From NCBI GenBank assembly GCA_965200315.1, contig OZ241362.1:2432001-2496000 (forward strand): DNA of 64,000 bases, written 5' to 3'. The notes beneath the pieces were generated by a model, which worked only from the letters and a program-made list of their open reading frames with translations, had not been told where the DNA came from and did no database searches. Source of the stretch: Candidatus Latescibacterota bacterium. GTDB lineage: Bacteria > Latescibacterota > UBA2968 > UBA8231. Both the position numbers and the translations under genes were made by a program. Within the stretch, counting starts at the first letter, position 1, and every line of letters starts with the position of its first letter. This document shows positions 27,846-36,642 of this stretch, in pieces.

Positions 27846-28964
27846 CTAATCTCGTCCCATTTTCTCAACCGTCCGCAAATACACGTTCTCCAAATTCTCG
27901 GCCAACCGATCCCAACCAAACCGCCCGGCCCACACCCGACCCGCCGCCGCCAAGGCCCGCCGCCTTGCGTCGTCAGCAATCAGCGCCCGCATCCCGGCCG
28001 CCAAAGCACCCACATCCTCGGGGGGGACCAACACCCCAGTCTCGTCGTGGCGCACGGCATCGCGCAAACCGTCAATGTCCGTACCCAATACAGCCTTGCC
28101 AGCAGCAGCAGCTTCTACAGCCACCATGCACCAACCCTCGTAGCGAGACGGGACGCAGACCATGAGTGCGCGTCGCAAGAGCTCACCTTGTCGTTCCTCT
28201 TCCACATTCCCGATTATCTCCCCCCGGCCCTCCAGTCCCGCCCGCCGCACCAAGTCGCGCACCTTAGCGAGTTGCTGCGGAGTGCCGCGCCCGGCCAGCT
28301 TGAGACGGAGCTCAGGATGCTCGGCGGCAATCTCGGCAAACGCGGCGATCAACAGGTCAATCCCCTTGGTGTGGATATCCATGCGCCCAAAGTAGAGCAA
28401 GTACGGCGCTTCCTCGGGCACCAGTGAGAAAAAACGCCGATCGACGCCGCTGTACACTAGATCAACCTCGGCATCGCGGGCGCGGCGCTGAATGCGCGCT
28501 TGCACACTAGGAGCAATCGTCAAAATTCGCCCATAAGTGCGCAGGACACGCCGCTCGCACAACCACGCCACGCCACCCGCCAGCGGATGCTTGGCAAGGG
28601 CGTGCCATCCCATGAAATGATAAAACAAAAGCAGCCCCTGTCTCCGCAACGCAGCCGGAACGCGCAAAGGTGCGAAGGCCGAAAACTCGTTGATCCACAG
28701 ATCCCACTCTAGCCGCTGCAACTGGGCTACGGCCTCGCGGCAATAGCCCACACGGCTCAAGGCATAGCTGCGGGCTGAGCCAACGCGCAGCAGGCGCAGG
28801 CCGTGCCGTTCGGTTTCTAACTCGGCTCCGGGGAACAGGCCACTGACGACCGTGATCTCGTGGCGGCCGGACAAGCGGCGATAGAGCTCCATCGCCCGCA
28901 CCGCGCCGCCGCCACCCAACCACGGATTGGCGATGTCGTCGTACATCAGATGGCAAATTTTCAT
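27846..28964 (-). CDS. Glycosyltransferase family 4
   Basis: GGGGAVR, YFGRMDIHTKG, PSRYEGWCMVAVEAAAAG. Confidence 0.9.
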   Translation of the reverse strand: MKICHLMYDDIANPWLGGGGAVRAMELYRRLSGRHEITVVSGLFPGAELETERHGLRLLRVGSARSYALSRVGYCREAVAQLQRLEWDLWINEFSAFAPLRVPAALRRQGLLLFYHFMGWHALAKHPLAGGVAWLCERRVLRTYGRILTIAPSVQARIQRRARDAEVDLVYSGVDRRFFSLVPEEAPYLLYFGRMDIHTKGIDLLIAAFAEIAAEHPELRLKLAGRGTPQQLAKVRDLVRRAGLEGRGEIIGNVEEERQGELLRRALMVCVPSRYEGWCMVAVEAAAAGKAVLGTDIDGLRDAVRHDETGVLVPPEDVGALAAGMRALIADDARRRALAAAGRVWAGRFGWDRLAENLENVYLRTVEKMGRD

Positions 28965-28982
28965 GGGCGGCAAGCCTGCGCC

Positions 28983-29579
28983 TCAGAGCACGCCCTTGGT
29001 CGAAGGAATGCCCTGGACCCGCTCGCTCCGCTGCGCGGCCATGAGCAGAGCGCGAGCGAACGCCTTGAAGAGAGCCTCAATGCCGTGGTGGGCATTGTGG
29101 CCGCGCACGAGGTCGAGATGCAGATTCATCCGGCCTTGATCGGCCACGGCGTAGAAAAACTCGCGCACTAAGGACACCGGCAGTGCGCCGACCCGCTCCT
29201 CGCTGAAAGCCGCGGCAAAAACCAAATAGGCCCGACCCGACAAATCCACCACCGCTCGCGCGAGCGCTTCGTCCATGGGCACGTAGCTGTGGCCGTAGCG
29301 CTGGATGCCGGCCTTGTCGCCCAAGGCTTGGGCAATGGCTTGGCCGAGGCAGATGCCTACATCTTCCACGGTGTGGTGGGCATCCACGTGCAAGTCGCCG
29401 CGACATTGGACCTCTAGGTCGCACAGGCCGTGCCGAGCCAAGGCGTGGAGCATATGGTCGAAGAAGCCGAGGCCGGTGTCGGCGCAGCACTGGCCGCTGC
29501 CGTCGAGGCACAACCGCAACTCGATTTCGGTCTCGGTCGTCTGGCGCACAATCTGCGCCGTGCGTTGATCTGCGCTCAT
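28983..29579 (-). CDS. hisB: Imidazoleglycerol-phosphate dehydratase
   Basis: RQTTET, GFFDHML, DAHHTVED, PMDEAL, NAHHGIEA, PSTKGVL. Confidence 0.97.
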   Translation of the reverse strand: MSADQRTAQIVRQTTETEIELRLCLDGSGQCCADTGLGFFDHMLHALARHGLCDLEVQCRGDLHVDAHHTVEDVGICLGQAIAQALGDKAGIQRYGHSYVPMDEALARAVVDLSGRAYLVFAAAFSEERVGALPVSLVREFFYAVADQGRMNLHLDLVRGHNAHHGIEALFKAFARALLMAAQRSERVQGIPSTKGVL

Positions 29580-30880
29580 GGTGCAGCCTGCTGTTGGCGG
29601 ATACGCACGGCCTGCGCGTGGGCTTCAAGGCCCTCGGCTTGTGCCAGGCGGGCGATGTGCTCGGCTGTGTGGGCCAAGCGCTCGGGGGTATAGGCGATGA
29701 TGCTCGTCGTCTTGACGAAATCGGCCCACCCCAACGACGAGGCATAGCGGGCCGCGCCTTGGGTCGGCAGCACGTGGTTGGTGCCAGCAAAGTAATCGCC
29801 GACCGGCTCACTGGCCGCCGCGCCGAGGAACAGCGCACCGCAGTGGCGAATGGAATCCACCCAGCGCCACGGGTTGGCTACCTGCAATTCGGCGTGTTCG
29901 GGCGCCAAGCGGTTGAGCAGTTCAATCCCCACTTCGAGGCTAGGCACCACGACAATCGCGCCGTATTCTTCTAGAGCACTATCTATAATTGAATAGCGCG
30001 GAAGCGCCGCTCGTTGCGCTTCAAGCTCCTTCTGCACGCAGTGCGCCAAGGCCACGCAATCCGTGATGCACACACACGCCACTCCCCAGCCGTGCTCAGC
30101 CTGTGAAAGCAAATCCGCAGCTACCAAGCGCGGGTCAGCCGCCGCGTCGGCGAGCACCACAATTTCCGACGGGCCGGGCAACAGCGCGATGCCCACTGTG
30201 CCGAAGACTTGTCGCTGCGCGGCCACCGTATAGGGGGAACCCGGACCGACGATTTTGTGTACCGGCGGAATGCTCTCCGTGCCATAGGCAAGCGCACCCA
30301 CGGCCTGCGCCCCACCCACGGCGTACACTTCGTCAATACCCAACAGGCGTGCGGCAGCCGCAATCACTGGGGCGGGGCGACCAGCCGCTACTGGCGGCGT
30401 GACCACGCAGAGCTGGTCCACACCAGCCACCTGCGCAGGCACGGCCGTCATCAGCAGGCTCGAAAACAGCGGCACTTCGCCGGCCGGCACACACAGCCCC
30501 ACCCGTTCTATGGGCGTGATTTTCTTGCCCAGCATCACCCCGTCGCCATCTTCGACAAACCACGAGTTGAGCTTTTGCCGCTCGTGGAAGGCGCGAATAT
30601 TGGCTACTGCCGCCTCCATAGAAACGCGCAGGCTTGGGTCCAGCGCGGCATCGGCCTCGGCGAGCACAGAGGCTGATACCCGCAACTGCCCAGGGCCCAC
30701 TTCCACGCCATCGAAGCGCTGCGTCAGCGCGCACAGCGAGGCATCGCCTTCTTTCCGCACCTGCCGCAGGATGTCCCGCACCGCATCTTCGACCTCGGGG
30801 TCGGATTCGGGGCGGCGCGCCAGCAGGGCGGCGAGTGGGGCGGCGAGCGGCTCGGAGGGATAGGACGCAATGGGGATCAT
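29576..30880 (-). CDS. hisD: Histidinol dehydrogenase
   Basis: VGGAQAVGALAYGT, KIVGPG, GPSE, DLLSQAEH, APEH, GDYFAGTNHVLPT, EGLEAH. ATG 30880 overlaps hisG stop. Confidence 0.97.
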   Translation of the reverse strand: MIPIASYPSEPLAAPLAALLARRPESDPEVEDAVRDILRQVRKEGDASLCALTQRFDGVEVGPGQLRVSASVLAEADAALDPSLRVSMEAAVANIRAFHERQKLNSWFVEDGDGVMLGKKITPIERVGLCVPAGEVPLFSSLLMTAVPAQVAGVDQLCVVTPPVAAGRPAPVIAAAARLLGIDEVYAVGGAQAVGALAYGTESIPPVHKIVGPGSPYTVAAQRQVFGTVGIALLPGPSEIVVLADAAADPRLVAADLLSQAEHGWGVACVCITDCVALAHCVQKELEAQRAALPRYSIIDSALEEYGAIVVVPSLEVGIELLNRLAPEHAELQVANPWRWVDSIRHCGALFLGAAASEPVGDYFAGTNHVLPTQGAARYASSLGWADFVKTTSIIAYTPERLAHTAEHIARLAQAEGLEAHAQAVRIRQQQAAP

Positions 30881-31758
30881 CAATACACGACCTTGTTGAG
30901 CGGATATTCGATGATGCCTTCGGCCCCGAGCCGCTTGAGTTGGGGGATCAGCTCGCGCACTATGCGCTCATCGGCGACGATTTCCAGCGCCACCCATTCG
31001 TCGTCCATCTGGCTGGAGACTGTGGGAGTGTGCAGGGCTGGCAGCCGGCCGATGACGCGGTTGAGCTGGGCGCGCGGCACGTTCATCTTGAGGCCGACCT
31101 TGTGCTCGGCTTCGAGCGCACCCTTGAGTAGCATTAGCAAGTTCTCGGCCTTCTCCCGCTTCCAGCCATCGGCCCACGCGGCCTTGTTGGCAATCAAGCG
31201 CGGCGTCGATTCGCAGACCGTATCGACGATGCGCAGCCGGTTGGCCTTGAGCGATGTGCCCGTCTCAGTCGCCTCGACGACCGCATCCACTAGCCCGGGA
31301 ATGCCGGCCTTGACCTCGGTCGTGCCCCACGAAAACTCCACCTCGGCCTCCACCCCGCGGCCTTGCAAAAAACGGCGCGTCACGCCGATCAACTCGCTGG
31401 CGATGCGGCGGCCCGCGAGGTCTTCGACGCATTGGATGGGAGAATCCTCGGGCACGGCGATAACCCAGCGCAAGGGCCGCGCCGTGCTCTTGCTGTAGGT
31501 CAGTTCGCCAATTTCGACCACCTCGGCCTCGCTTTCGAGGACCCAGTCCCGGCCCGTCAGGCCCACATCCACGACGCCGCGCACTACGTACTGAGCGATT
31601 TCCTGCGCTCGGAACATCAGGCCCGCAAGCTGGGGATCGTCGATGTCGGGCACGTACGAGCGCGGCGCGAGCCGCACGCGATAGCCGGCGCGGACAAAAA
31701 GGTCAAACGTGGACTCCTGCAAGCTCCCGGACGGGAAGCCGATCTTCAATTCCTTCAT
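30880..31758 (-). CDS. hisG: ATP phosphoribosyltransferase (long form)
   Basis: GSLQE, RAQEI, DVGLTGRDW, SWGTTE, ETGTSLKANRL, C-terminal ACT domain. Confidence 0.95.
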   Translation of the reverse strand: MKELKIGFPSGSLQESTFDLFVRAGYRVRLAPRSYVPDIDDPQLAGLMFRAQEIAQYVVRGVVDVGLTGRDWVLESEAEVVEIGELTYSKSTARPLRWVIAVPEDSPIQCVEDLAGRRIASELIGVTRRFLQGRGVEAEVEFSWGTTEVKAGIPGLVDAVVEATETGTSLKANRLRIVDTVCESTPRLIANKAAWADGWKREKAENLLMLLKGALEAEHKVGLKMNVPRAQLNRVIGRLPALHTPTVSSQMDDEWVALEIVADERIVRELIPQLKRLGAEGIIEYPLNKVVY

Positions 31759-32690
31759 CTTGCTCCTAACTCAGTTCGTCTCATCGCTTCGGCGACTTCG
31801 GGGCTTAGCTTGTACAGGGCTAGTCGCGCTGCGGTTTGGTCTTCTTCCGTGCCCTCGCGCATTAGCTGCTGCAAGTGCGGCACGGCCCGCGCATCGCCCA
31901 CCTCGGCGAGGGCGTACATGGCCTTGCTGCGGATGCTCTGCAACTCGTCGGCGTCGAGGGCGACCAACAGGGCCTCGTAGATGGCGTTGCGGGCGGGACG
32001 ATGGAGCGATGCACTGCCGATCTGGCCGAGGGCCTGCACCGCGACATAGCGCACCTCGTTCGAGGGGTCCACTGACATGCGAATGACTTCTTCCACTGCG
32101 TCGCGGTACCCGTAGGCGCGCAGGCTCTGCAGGGCGGCGACCCGCCACTTGGGCTTGGGAGCGCGCAAGGCGCGGCGCACCACGCGGAAAGCCGAGTCGC
32201 TCAAGGCCGGCTCAGCGTCGTACGAATGGCACGGCCCGAGCGCACCGAGCACATATTGACGCACTTCCACCGTGGGATCGCGCGCGTACTTGAGCAACGG
32301 GGCGAGCGCGGCGGGTGCTCCAATCTGGCCCAACGCCCACGCCGCGGCCGCCGCCACGCGCGGCGACTTGTCTTTTAGAGCCTTGACCAACGTCGCCACG
32401 GCGCGCTCATCCTTAAAGCGGCCCAACAGGTGCATTACCTCAAACCGCACGCGGATGTATTCGGAATCGGCTTCCTCAATCAGCAGGGGAACGACCTCGT
32501 CGGCGTCGAAGCGGATGAGCTGGTTGGCGGCTTTGATGCGCTCGGCTTTTTGCAGGCTTCTGAGCTGGTGAATGTACTCTTCGGGCGAGGGGCCTCCACA
32601 CGCGATGCCCAAGCCCGCGCCCACTAGCAAGGCCCCAAGCGCGAGCCGCGCACTGCCACATTTTTGCCTGTCGAAAAAAGTGCCCGCCAT
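31755..32690 (-). CDS. HEAT-repeat lipoprotein
   Basis: Lipobox LGIAC; repeated VR..A..ALG.IG units; stop overlaps hisG start. Confidence 0.8.
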   Translation of the reverse strand: MAGTFFDRQKCGSARLALGALLVGAGLGIACGGPSPEEYIHQLRSLQKAERIKAANQLIRFDADEVVPLLIEEADSEYIRVRFEVMHLLGRFKDERAVATLVKALKDKSPRVAAAAAWALGQIGAPAALAPLLKYARDPTVEVRQYVLGALGPCHSYDAEPALSDSAFRVVRRALRAPKPKWRVAALQSLRAYGYRDAVEEVIRMSVDPSNEVRYVAVQALGQIGSASLHRPARNAIYEALLVALDADELQSIRSKAMYALAEVGDARAVPHLQQLMREGTEEDQTAARLALYKLSPEVAEAMRRTELGAR

Positions 32691-32822
32691 ACCGCGTTTT
32701 CTATCGCTGAGGTAAAAATTTGTGGAACCGTCTAAGGAGCTTGCGGAGGCTGATTTTGTTCAATTACGTATAGTAAAGATAAGGGCCGCCCATAACACCG
32801 TCCACTGCACCGGTCTCCGTCT

Positions 32823-32851
32823 TTGACAATACTACTAAGGAGTTTTATACT
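32823..32851 (+). promoter_or_regulatory. sigma70 promoter of the Rdx-TPR-rdgB-ABC operon
   Basis: TTGACA (32823-32828), 17-nt spacer, TATACT (32846-32851); RBS AGGAGG at 32871. Confidence 0.8.
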
Positions 32852-32882
32852 TTTTCGAGCGCTATTTCACAGGAGGTTTATC

Positions 32883-33158
32883 ATGCACTTGGAACTAATT
32901 TACTGCTCTGCCTGAGGCTACGAAGACAAAGCCGTCAGTTTGGCGGAACAACTGCTCGTAGCATTCAAAAAAGACATCGCCGCTTTTGCGCTGATTCCCT
33001 CCGACCGAGGAAAGTTTGAAATCAGCCTCGATGGCGAGCTCATTTTCTCCAAGATTCAACAGGGCCGCTTCCCCGCTTTCGCCGAAGTCACCGCCGAGAT
33101 CAACGGCCGCAATGGGAACCAGCGCGGAGACGCTTATTCGTCTGATTGCTGCGGCTAG
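32883..33158 (+). CDS. Rdx-family (SelW/SelT/SelH-like) selenoprotein, Sec at UGA 32913-32915
   Basis: ATG 32883 after AGGAGG: MHLELIYCSA-U-GYEDKAVSLAEQLL, in frame with the 32940..33158 ORF (GKFEISLDGELIFSK..GRFP). The YCxxUGY motif is diagnostic. Confidence 0.92.
32932..32947 (+). promoter_or_regulatory. Candidate bacterial SECIS hairpin (Rdx gene)
   Basis: CCGTC-AGTTT-GGCGG stem-loop starting 16 nt after the UGA. Confidence 0.55.
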
Positions 33159-33226
33159 GTCGCGGTCAAAATCAACGGCCCTTTTCTCTTTTCTCGCCCA
33201 TCCCTTAGCCAGCTTTCGCAGGAGAC

Positions 33227-34291
33227 TTGGCCTTGAAGTACTGTCGCTTGCTCAGTTTCGCACTCGCGCTTTTGAACGCACCGGCTCTCGCCCAATCGCC
33301 CGAAGCCCTCAACTACTTCCGCACCGGCTACGACTTGGTCAAAAAGGGCAGCTTTCGCAACGCCGTCATCGAGCTCGAAAAGGCCGTGGCGGCCGATTCC
33401 TCCTACGGAAACGCTCACTATGTCCTCGGCATTTCCTACAAGGCCCTCAACGAGTACGACAAAGCCATTGGCAGTTTTACCGCAGCCCATGCCCTCAGCA
33501 TCAAGCCGGAGCAGGCCGCTAAGGCCCTAGGCCAGCTCTATCAAAAGGCTGCCCTCAACAGCTTTCGCCAAAAGAAATACCGCGAGTCCATCAACTATTT
33601 TACTAAAGTGCGCGACTACGGCCCACAAAGCGCCCAAGCCCTCTACGTCATGGGCCTTGCCCACAGCGGCCTGCACGAGAAAGACAAGGCCAAAGTGGCC
33701 TTTGCCGAGGCCATAGCGGCCGATCCCACCGACGCCAGACCCTACAACGCCCTCGGCGACATCCAGCGCCTCAACCGCGACTACGGCAAATCCATCGTCA
33801 CCTACCAGCGTTCCATAGAAGCCGACCCCACGTACATGGAATCGTACGGCGACTTGGCGCGATTGAAGTTCGATACCCAAGATATAGAGGGCGTCGTACC
33901 GCTTTTGCAAAAGGCCCTAAAGATCGACGACACGTACGCCGAAGGACACCGCTTGCTCGGCATTGCGCTCAACCAGCTCGGCCGTTTCCACGAGGCCATC
34001 GCCCCGCTGAACAAGGCCTCCGATTTAGACAACACCTACTGCGAGACGCATTACCGGCTCGGCGAGGCGCACTACGGCATGGGCAACTTCCGCCAAGCCA
34101 TTGAGCACGGCCGGCGCGCCACGAGTTGTCAAGCGGACTACCGAGCCGCCGAAGTGCTGCTGGGCGACGCGCATTTTCAGCTCGGCCAACGAGAAGAAGC
34201 GCGGCGCTGGTACAACCGAGCGGTGAACGACAGCCGCTACAAGGACTACGCGGCGAGCAAACTGGCAGAGATCGACGAGCAGCCCCAATAG
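33227..34291 (+). CDS. Secreted tetratricopeptide-repeat protein
   Basis: Signal peptide (..APALA-Q); repeated AHYVLG / ALYVMG / PYNALG / THYRLG TPR units. Confidence 0.88.
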   Translation: MALKYCRLLSFALALLNAPALAQSPEALNYFRTGYDLVKKGSFRNAVIELEKAVAADSSYGNAHYVLGISYKALNEYDKAIGSFTAAHALSIKPEQAAKALGQLYQKAALNSFRQKKYRESINYFTKVRDYGPQSAQALYVMGLAHSGLHEKDKAKVAFAEAIAADPTDARPYNALGDIQRLNRDYGKSIVTYQRSIEADPTYMESYGDLARLKFDTQDIEGVVPLLQKALKIDDTYAEGHRLLGIALNQLGRFHEAIAPLNKASDLDNTYCETHYRLGEAHYGMGNFRQAIEHGRRATSCQADYRAAEVLLGDAHFQLGQREEARRWYNRAVNDSRYKDYAASKLAEIDEQPQ

Positions 34292-34297
34292 GCCGCA

Positions 34298-34906
34298 ATG
34301 GCGCTGCTTCTGGCCTCGAACAACGCCGGCAAGCTGCGCGAAGTCCGCGCCCTACTCGCCGATATCGAGGTCGTCGCGCCGGCTTCGTTGGGCCTTGAAC
34401 TCGACGTCGAGGAAAGCGGCCAGACCTTTGCCGCCAACGCCCAACTCAAGGCCCGTGCCTATGCCGCGGCCAGCGGCCAGATCGCCCTCGCCGACGACTC
34501 TGGGCTCGAGGTCGATGCCCTCGCCGGTGCTCCCGGGATCTACTCGGCTCGCTACGGCGGCCCCAACCTCGACGACGCCGGCCGCTGCCAACTCTTACTC
34601 ACCGAGCTTGTGCCCTATCCCGAGCCTGCGCAGCGCCAAGCTAGGTTCCGCTGCGTCCTCTGTGCAGTAAGTCCCGATGGCCGCCAGTGCCGTGCCGAAG
34701 GCTCGTGTGAAGGGCTGATCGCCCCGGCCCCAGCCGGCACCAACGGCTTTGGCTACGATCCGGTCTTTTTTGTCCCCGCCTACGGCAAAACCATGGCCCA
34801 GCTCGACCCGCACGTAAAAAACCGCCTCAGTCACCGCGCCGAGGCGCTGGCAGCCATGCGCCCGCTCCTCGCCAGCACCTTTACCGAGCTAGCCCTCGCC
34901 CGCTGA
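34298..34906 (+). CDS. rdgB: dITP/XTP pyrophosphatase (RdgB/HAM1)
   Basis: ASNNAGKLRE, ADDSGL, APGIYSARY, GFGYDP, KNRLSHR. Confidence 0.96.
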   Translation: MALLLASNNAGKLREVRALLADIEVVAPASLGLELDVEESGQTFAANAQLKARAYAAASGQIALADDSGLEVDALAGAPGIYSARYGGPNLDDAGRCQLLLTELVPYPEPAQRQARFRCVLCAVSPDGRQCRAEGSCEGLIAPAPAGTNGFGYDPVFFVPAYGKTMAQLDPHVKNRLSHRAEALAAMRPLLASTFTELALAR

Positions 34907-36642
34907 TGTTTGGTCCGTTTTCCCAATACGTCCGTCCCTATCGCGGTCGCATCCTGCTCGGCTCGCTCTGCATCGGGCTGGGGCAGGCGGCAACCGCACG
35001 CATCCCGCTGCTGGTGGGTGATGCCGTTGATGCGGTCACCGCGCCGGATACGGCCTCCGGGGAAGTAGCAACCTACGTCTTCTACATCCTCGCCTGCGCC
35101 TTGGGCGTGGCCCTGTGCGGCTACGCCATGCGGATGTTCTTAGGCCGCGCTGCCAATCGCATCGAATACGACATCCGCATCGCGTATTTTGCTCACCTAC
35201 TCAAGCTGCCGCTGTCGTACTACCAGCAGCGCCGCACCGGTGACCTCATGGCGCGGGCGACCAACGATCTCCACTCTGTGCATCTTTTTTGGGTCTATGG
35301 CATTCGCGGCATCGTCGATACCGCCTTGGGCCTGACCTTCACACTCGCCTGTATGTGCTTGCTCGACTGGAAGCTGGCTCTATTGGTGCTTTTGCCCATG
35401 CCGCTTTTTAGCGTCGTGATGATCCGCATTGCCGCGGTCATCAACACCCGCTACAAGGCCATCCAAGAGTACTTCGGCCGCATCAGCACCTTCATCCAAG
35501 AAAACCTCTCCGGCATCCGCGTGGTCAAGGCATACACCCAAGAGCCCGCGCAAAACGCCGCGTTCGACCAACTCAACTTGGCGTACCTCGAAAAAAACCG
35601 CGCCTACATCCTCACCCGCGCCAACTACCGACCGCTTTCCTACGTCATCGCCTCGCTGTGCTTGGGGCTAAATTTGTGGCTGGGCGGGCGCGCAGTCATC
35701 GACGGCGAACTCAGCCTAGGGGCCTTCGTGGCCTTCAACGCCTACCTGACCCAGCTCATCCGCCCGATCATGTACATCGGCTGGGGCATCGACCGCGCCC
35801 AGCGCGCCCTCGTATCCATGCAGCGCATCAACGAAATCCTCGCTGTCGAGCCTGAGATCCAAGACCACGCCTTGCCTCCGGCAACGCCGCGGCCAATCGC
35901 CGGGCACATCGCCTTCCGCAAGCTCAACTTTTCCTACGGCGAAGAGCAAGTCCTGCATCAGATTGATCTCGAAATTCCCCAAGGCACGACCCTCGGCATC
36001 ATCGGCCGGGTCGGCTCGGGCAAGACCACCTTGGCGCGCCTCGTGCCGCGCTTGATCCAAGCCGAGCCAAGGCAGCTCCTCATCGACGGGGTGCCGATCG
36101 AGGAATGGCCCCTAGCGATTTTGCGCGACGCCATCGGCTACGTCCCGCAAAATCCCTTTCTGTTTTCCAATACCCTCAGCGCCAACCTCGCCTACGGCGC
36201 GGACTCGGCCGCCGAGGCCCAGATCCACGCTGTGGCCGAAGAGACCCAGCTCAAAAAGGATATTGACCAGTTCGACGATGGCTTCGACACCCTCATCGGC
36301 GAGCGCGGGGTCACCCTGTCTGGCGGTCAGAAGCAGCGCACGACCTTGGCCCGCGCGCTCATTCGCCGGCCGCAGATTCTCATCCTCGACGATGCGCTCT
36401 CCGCGGTGGATACCCACACTGAAGAAGCAATCCTCGACCATTTGCACACCCTCATGCAGGGCCGCACCACCCTCATCATCGCCCACCGCATCTCGACCCT
36501 GCGCCACGCCGACCGCATCGCCGTGCTTGAAGACGGTCGCATCGCCGAACTCGGTACCCACGACGAACTGGTCAACAGCGGCGGCTTCTACGCCGAGTTG
36601 TACCAGCACCAGCAGCTTAGGGCCGAGTTAGAAACGCTGTGA
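34906..36642 (+). CDS. ABC exporter, fused permease/ATPase (MdlA/YheI-like)
   Basis: TM domain; GRVGSGKT, LSGGQKQR, degenerate Walker B ILDDALSAVD. Confidence 0.92.
   Translation: MFGPFSQYVRPYRGRILLGSLCIGLGQAATARIPLLVGDAVDAVTAPDTASGEVATYVFYILACALGVALCGYAMRMFLGRAANRIEYDIRIAYFAHLLKLPLSYYQQRRTGDLMARATNDLHSVHLFWVYGIRGIVDTALGLTFTLACMCLLDWKLALLVLLPMPLFSVVMIRIAAVINTRYKAIQEYFGRISTFIQENLSGIRVVKAYTQEPAQNAAFDQLNLAYLEKNRAYILTRANYRPLSYVIASLCLGLNLWLGGRAVIDGELSLGAFVAFNAYLTQLIRPIMYIGWGIDRAQRALVSMQRINEILAVEPEIQDHALPPATPRPIAGHIAFRKLNFSYGEEQVLHQIDLEIPQGTTLGIIGRVGSGKTTLARLVPRLIQAEPRQLLIDGVPIEEWPLAILRDAIGYVPQNPFLFSNTLSANLAYGADSAAEAQIHAVAEETQLKKDIDQFDDGFDTLIGERGVTLSGGQKQRTTLARALIRRPQILILDDALSAVDTHTEEAILDHLHTLMQGRTTLIIAHRISTLRHADRIAVLEDGRIAELGTHDELVNSGGFYAELYQHQQLRAELETL

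Noticed and set aside
32883-32915. Reading the two in-frame UGAs as pseudogenes or genome-wide UGA recoding
   Set aside because: UGA serves as a normal stop in many genes here and RF2 is intact; both in-frame UGAs sit at known Sec positions.
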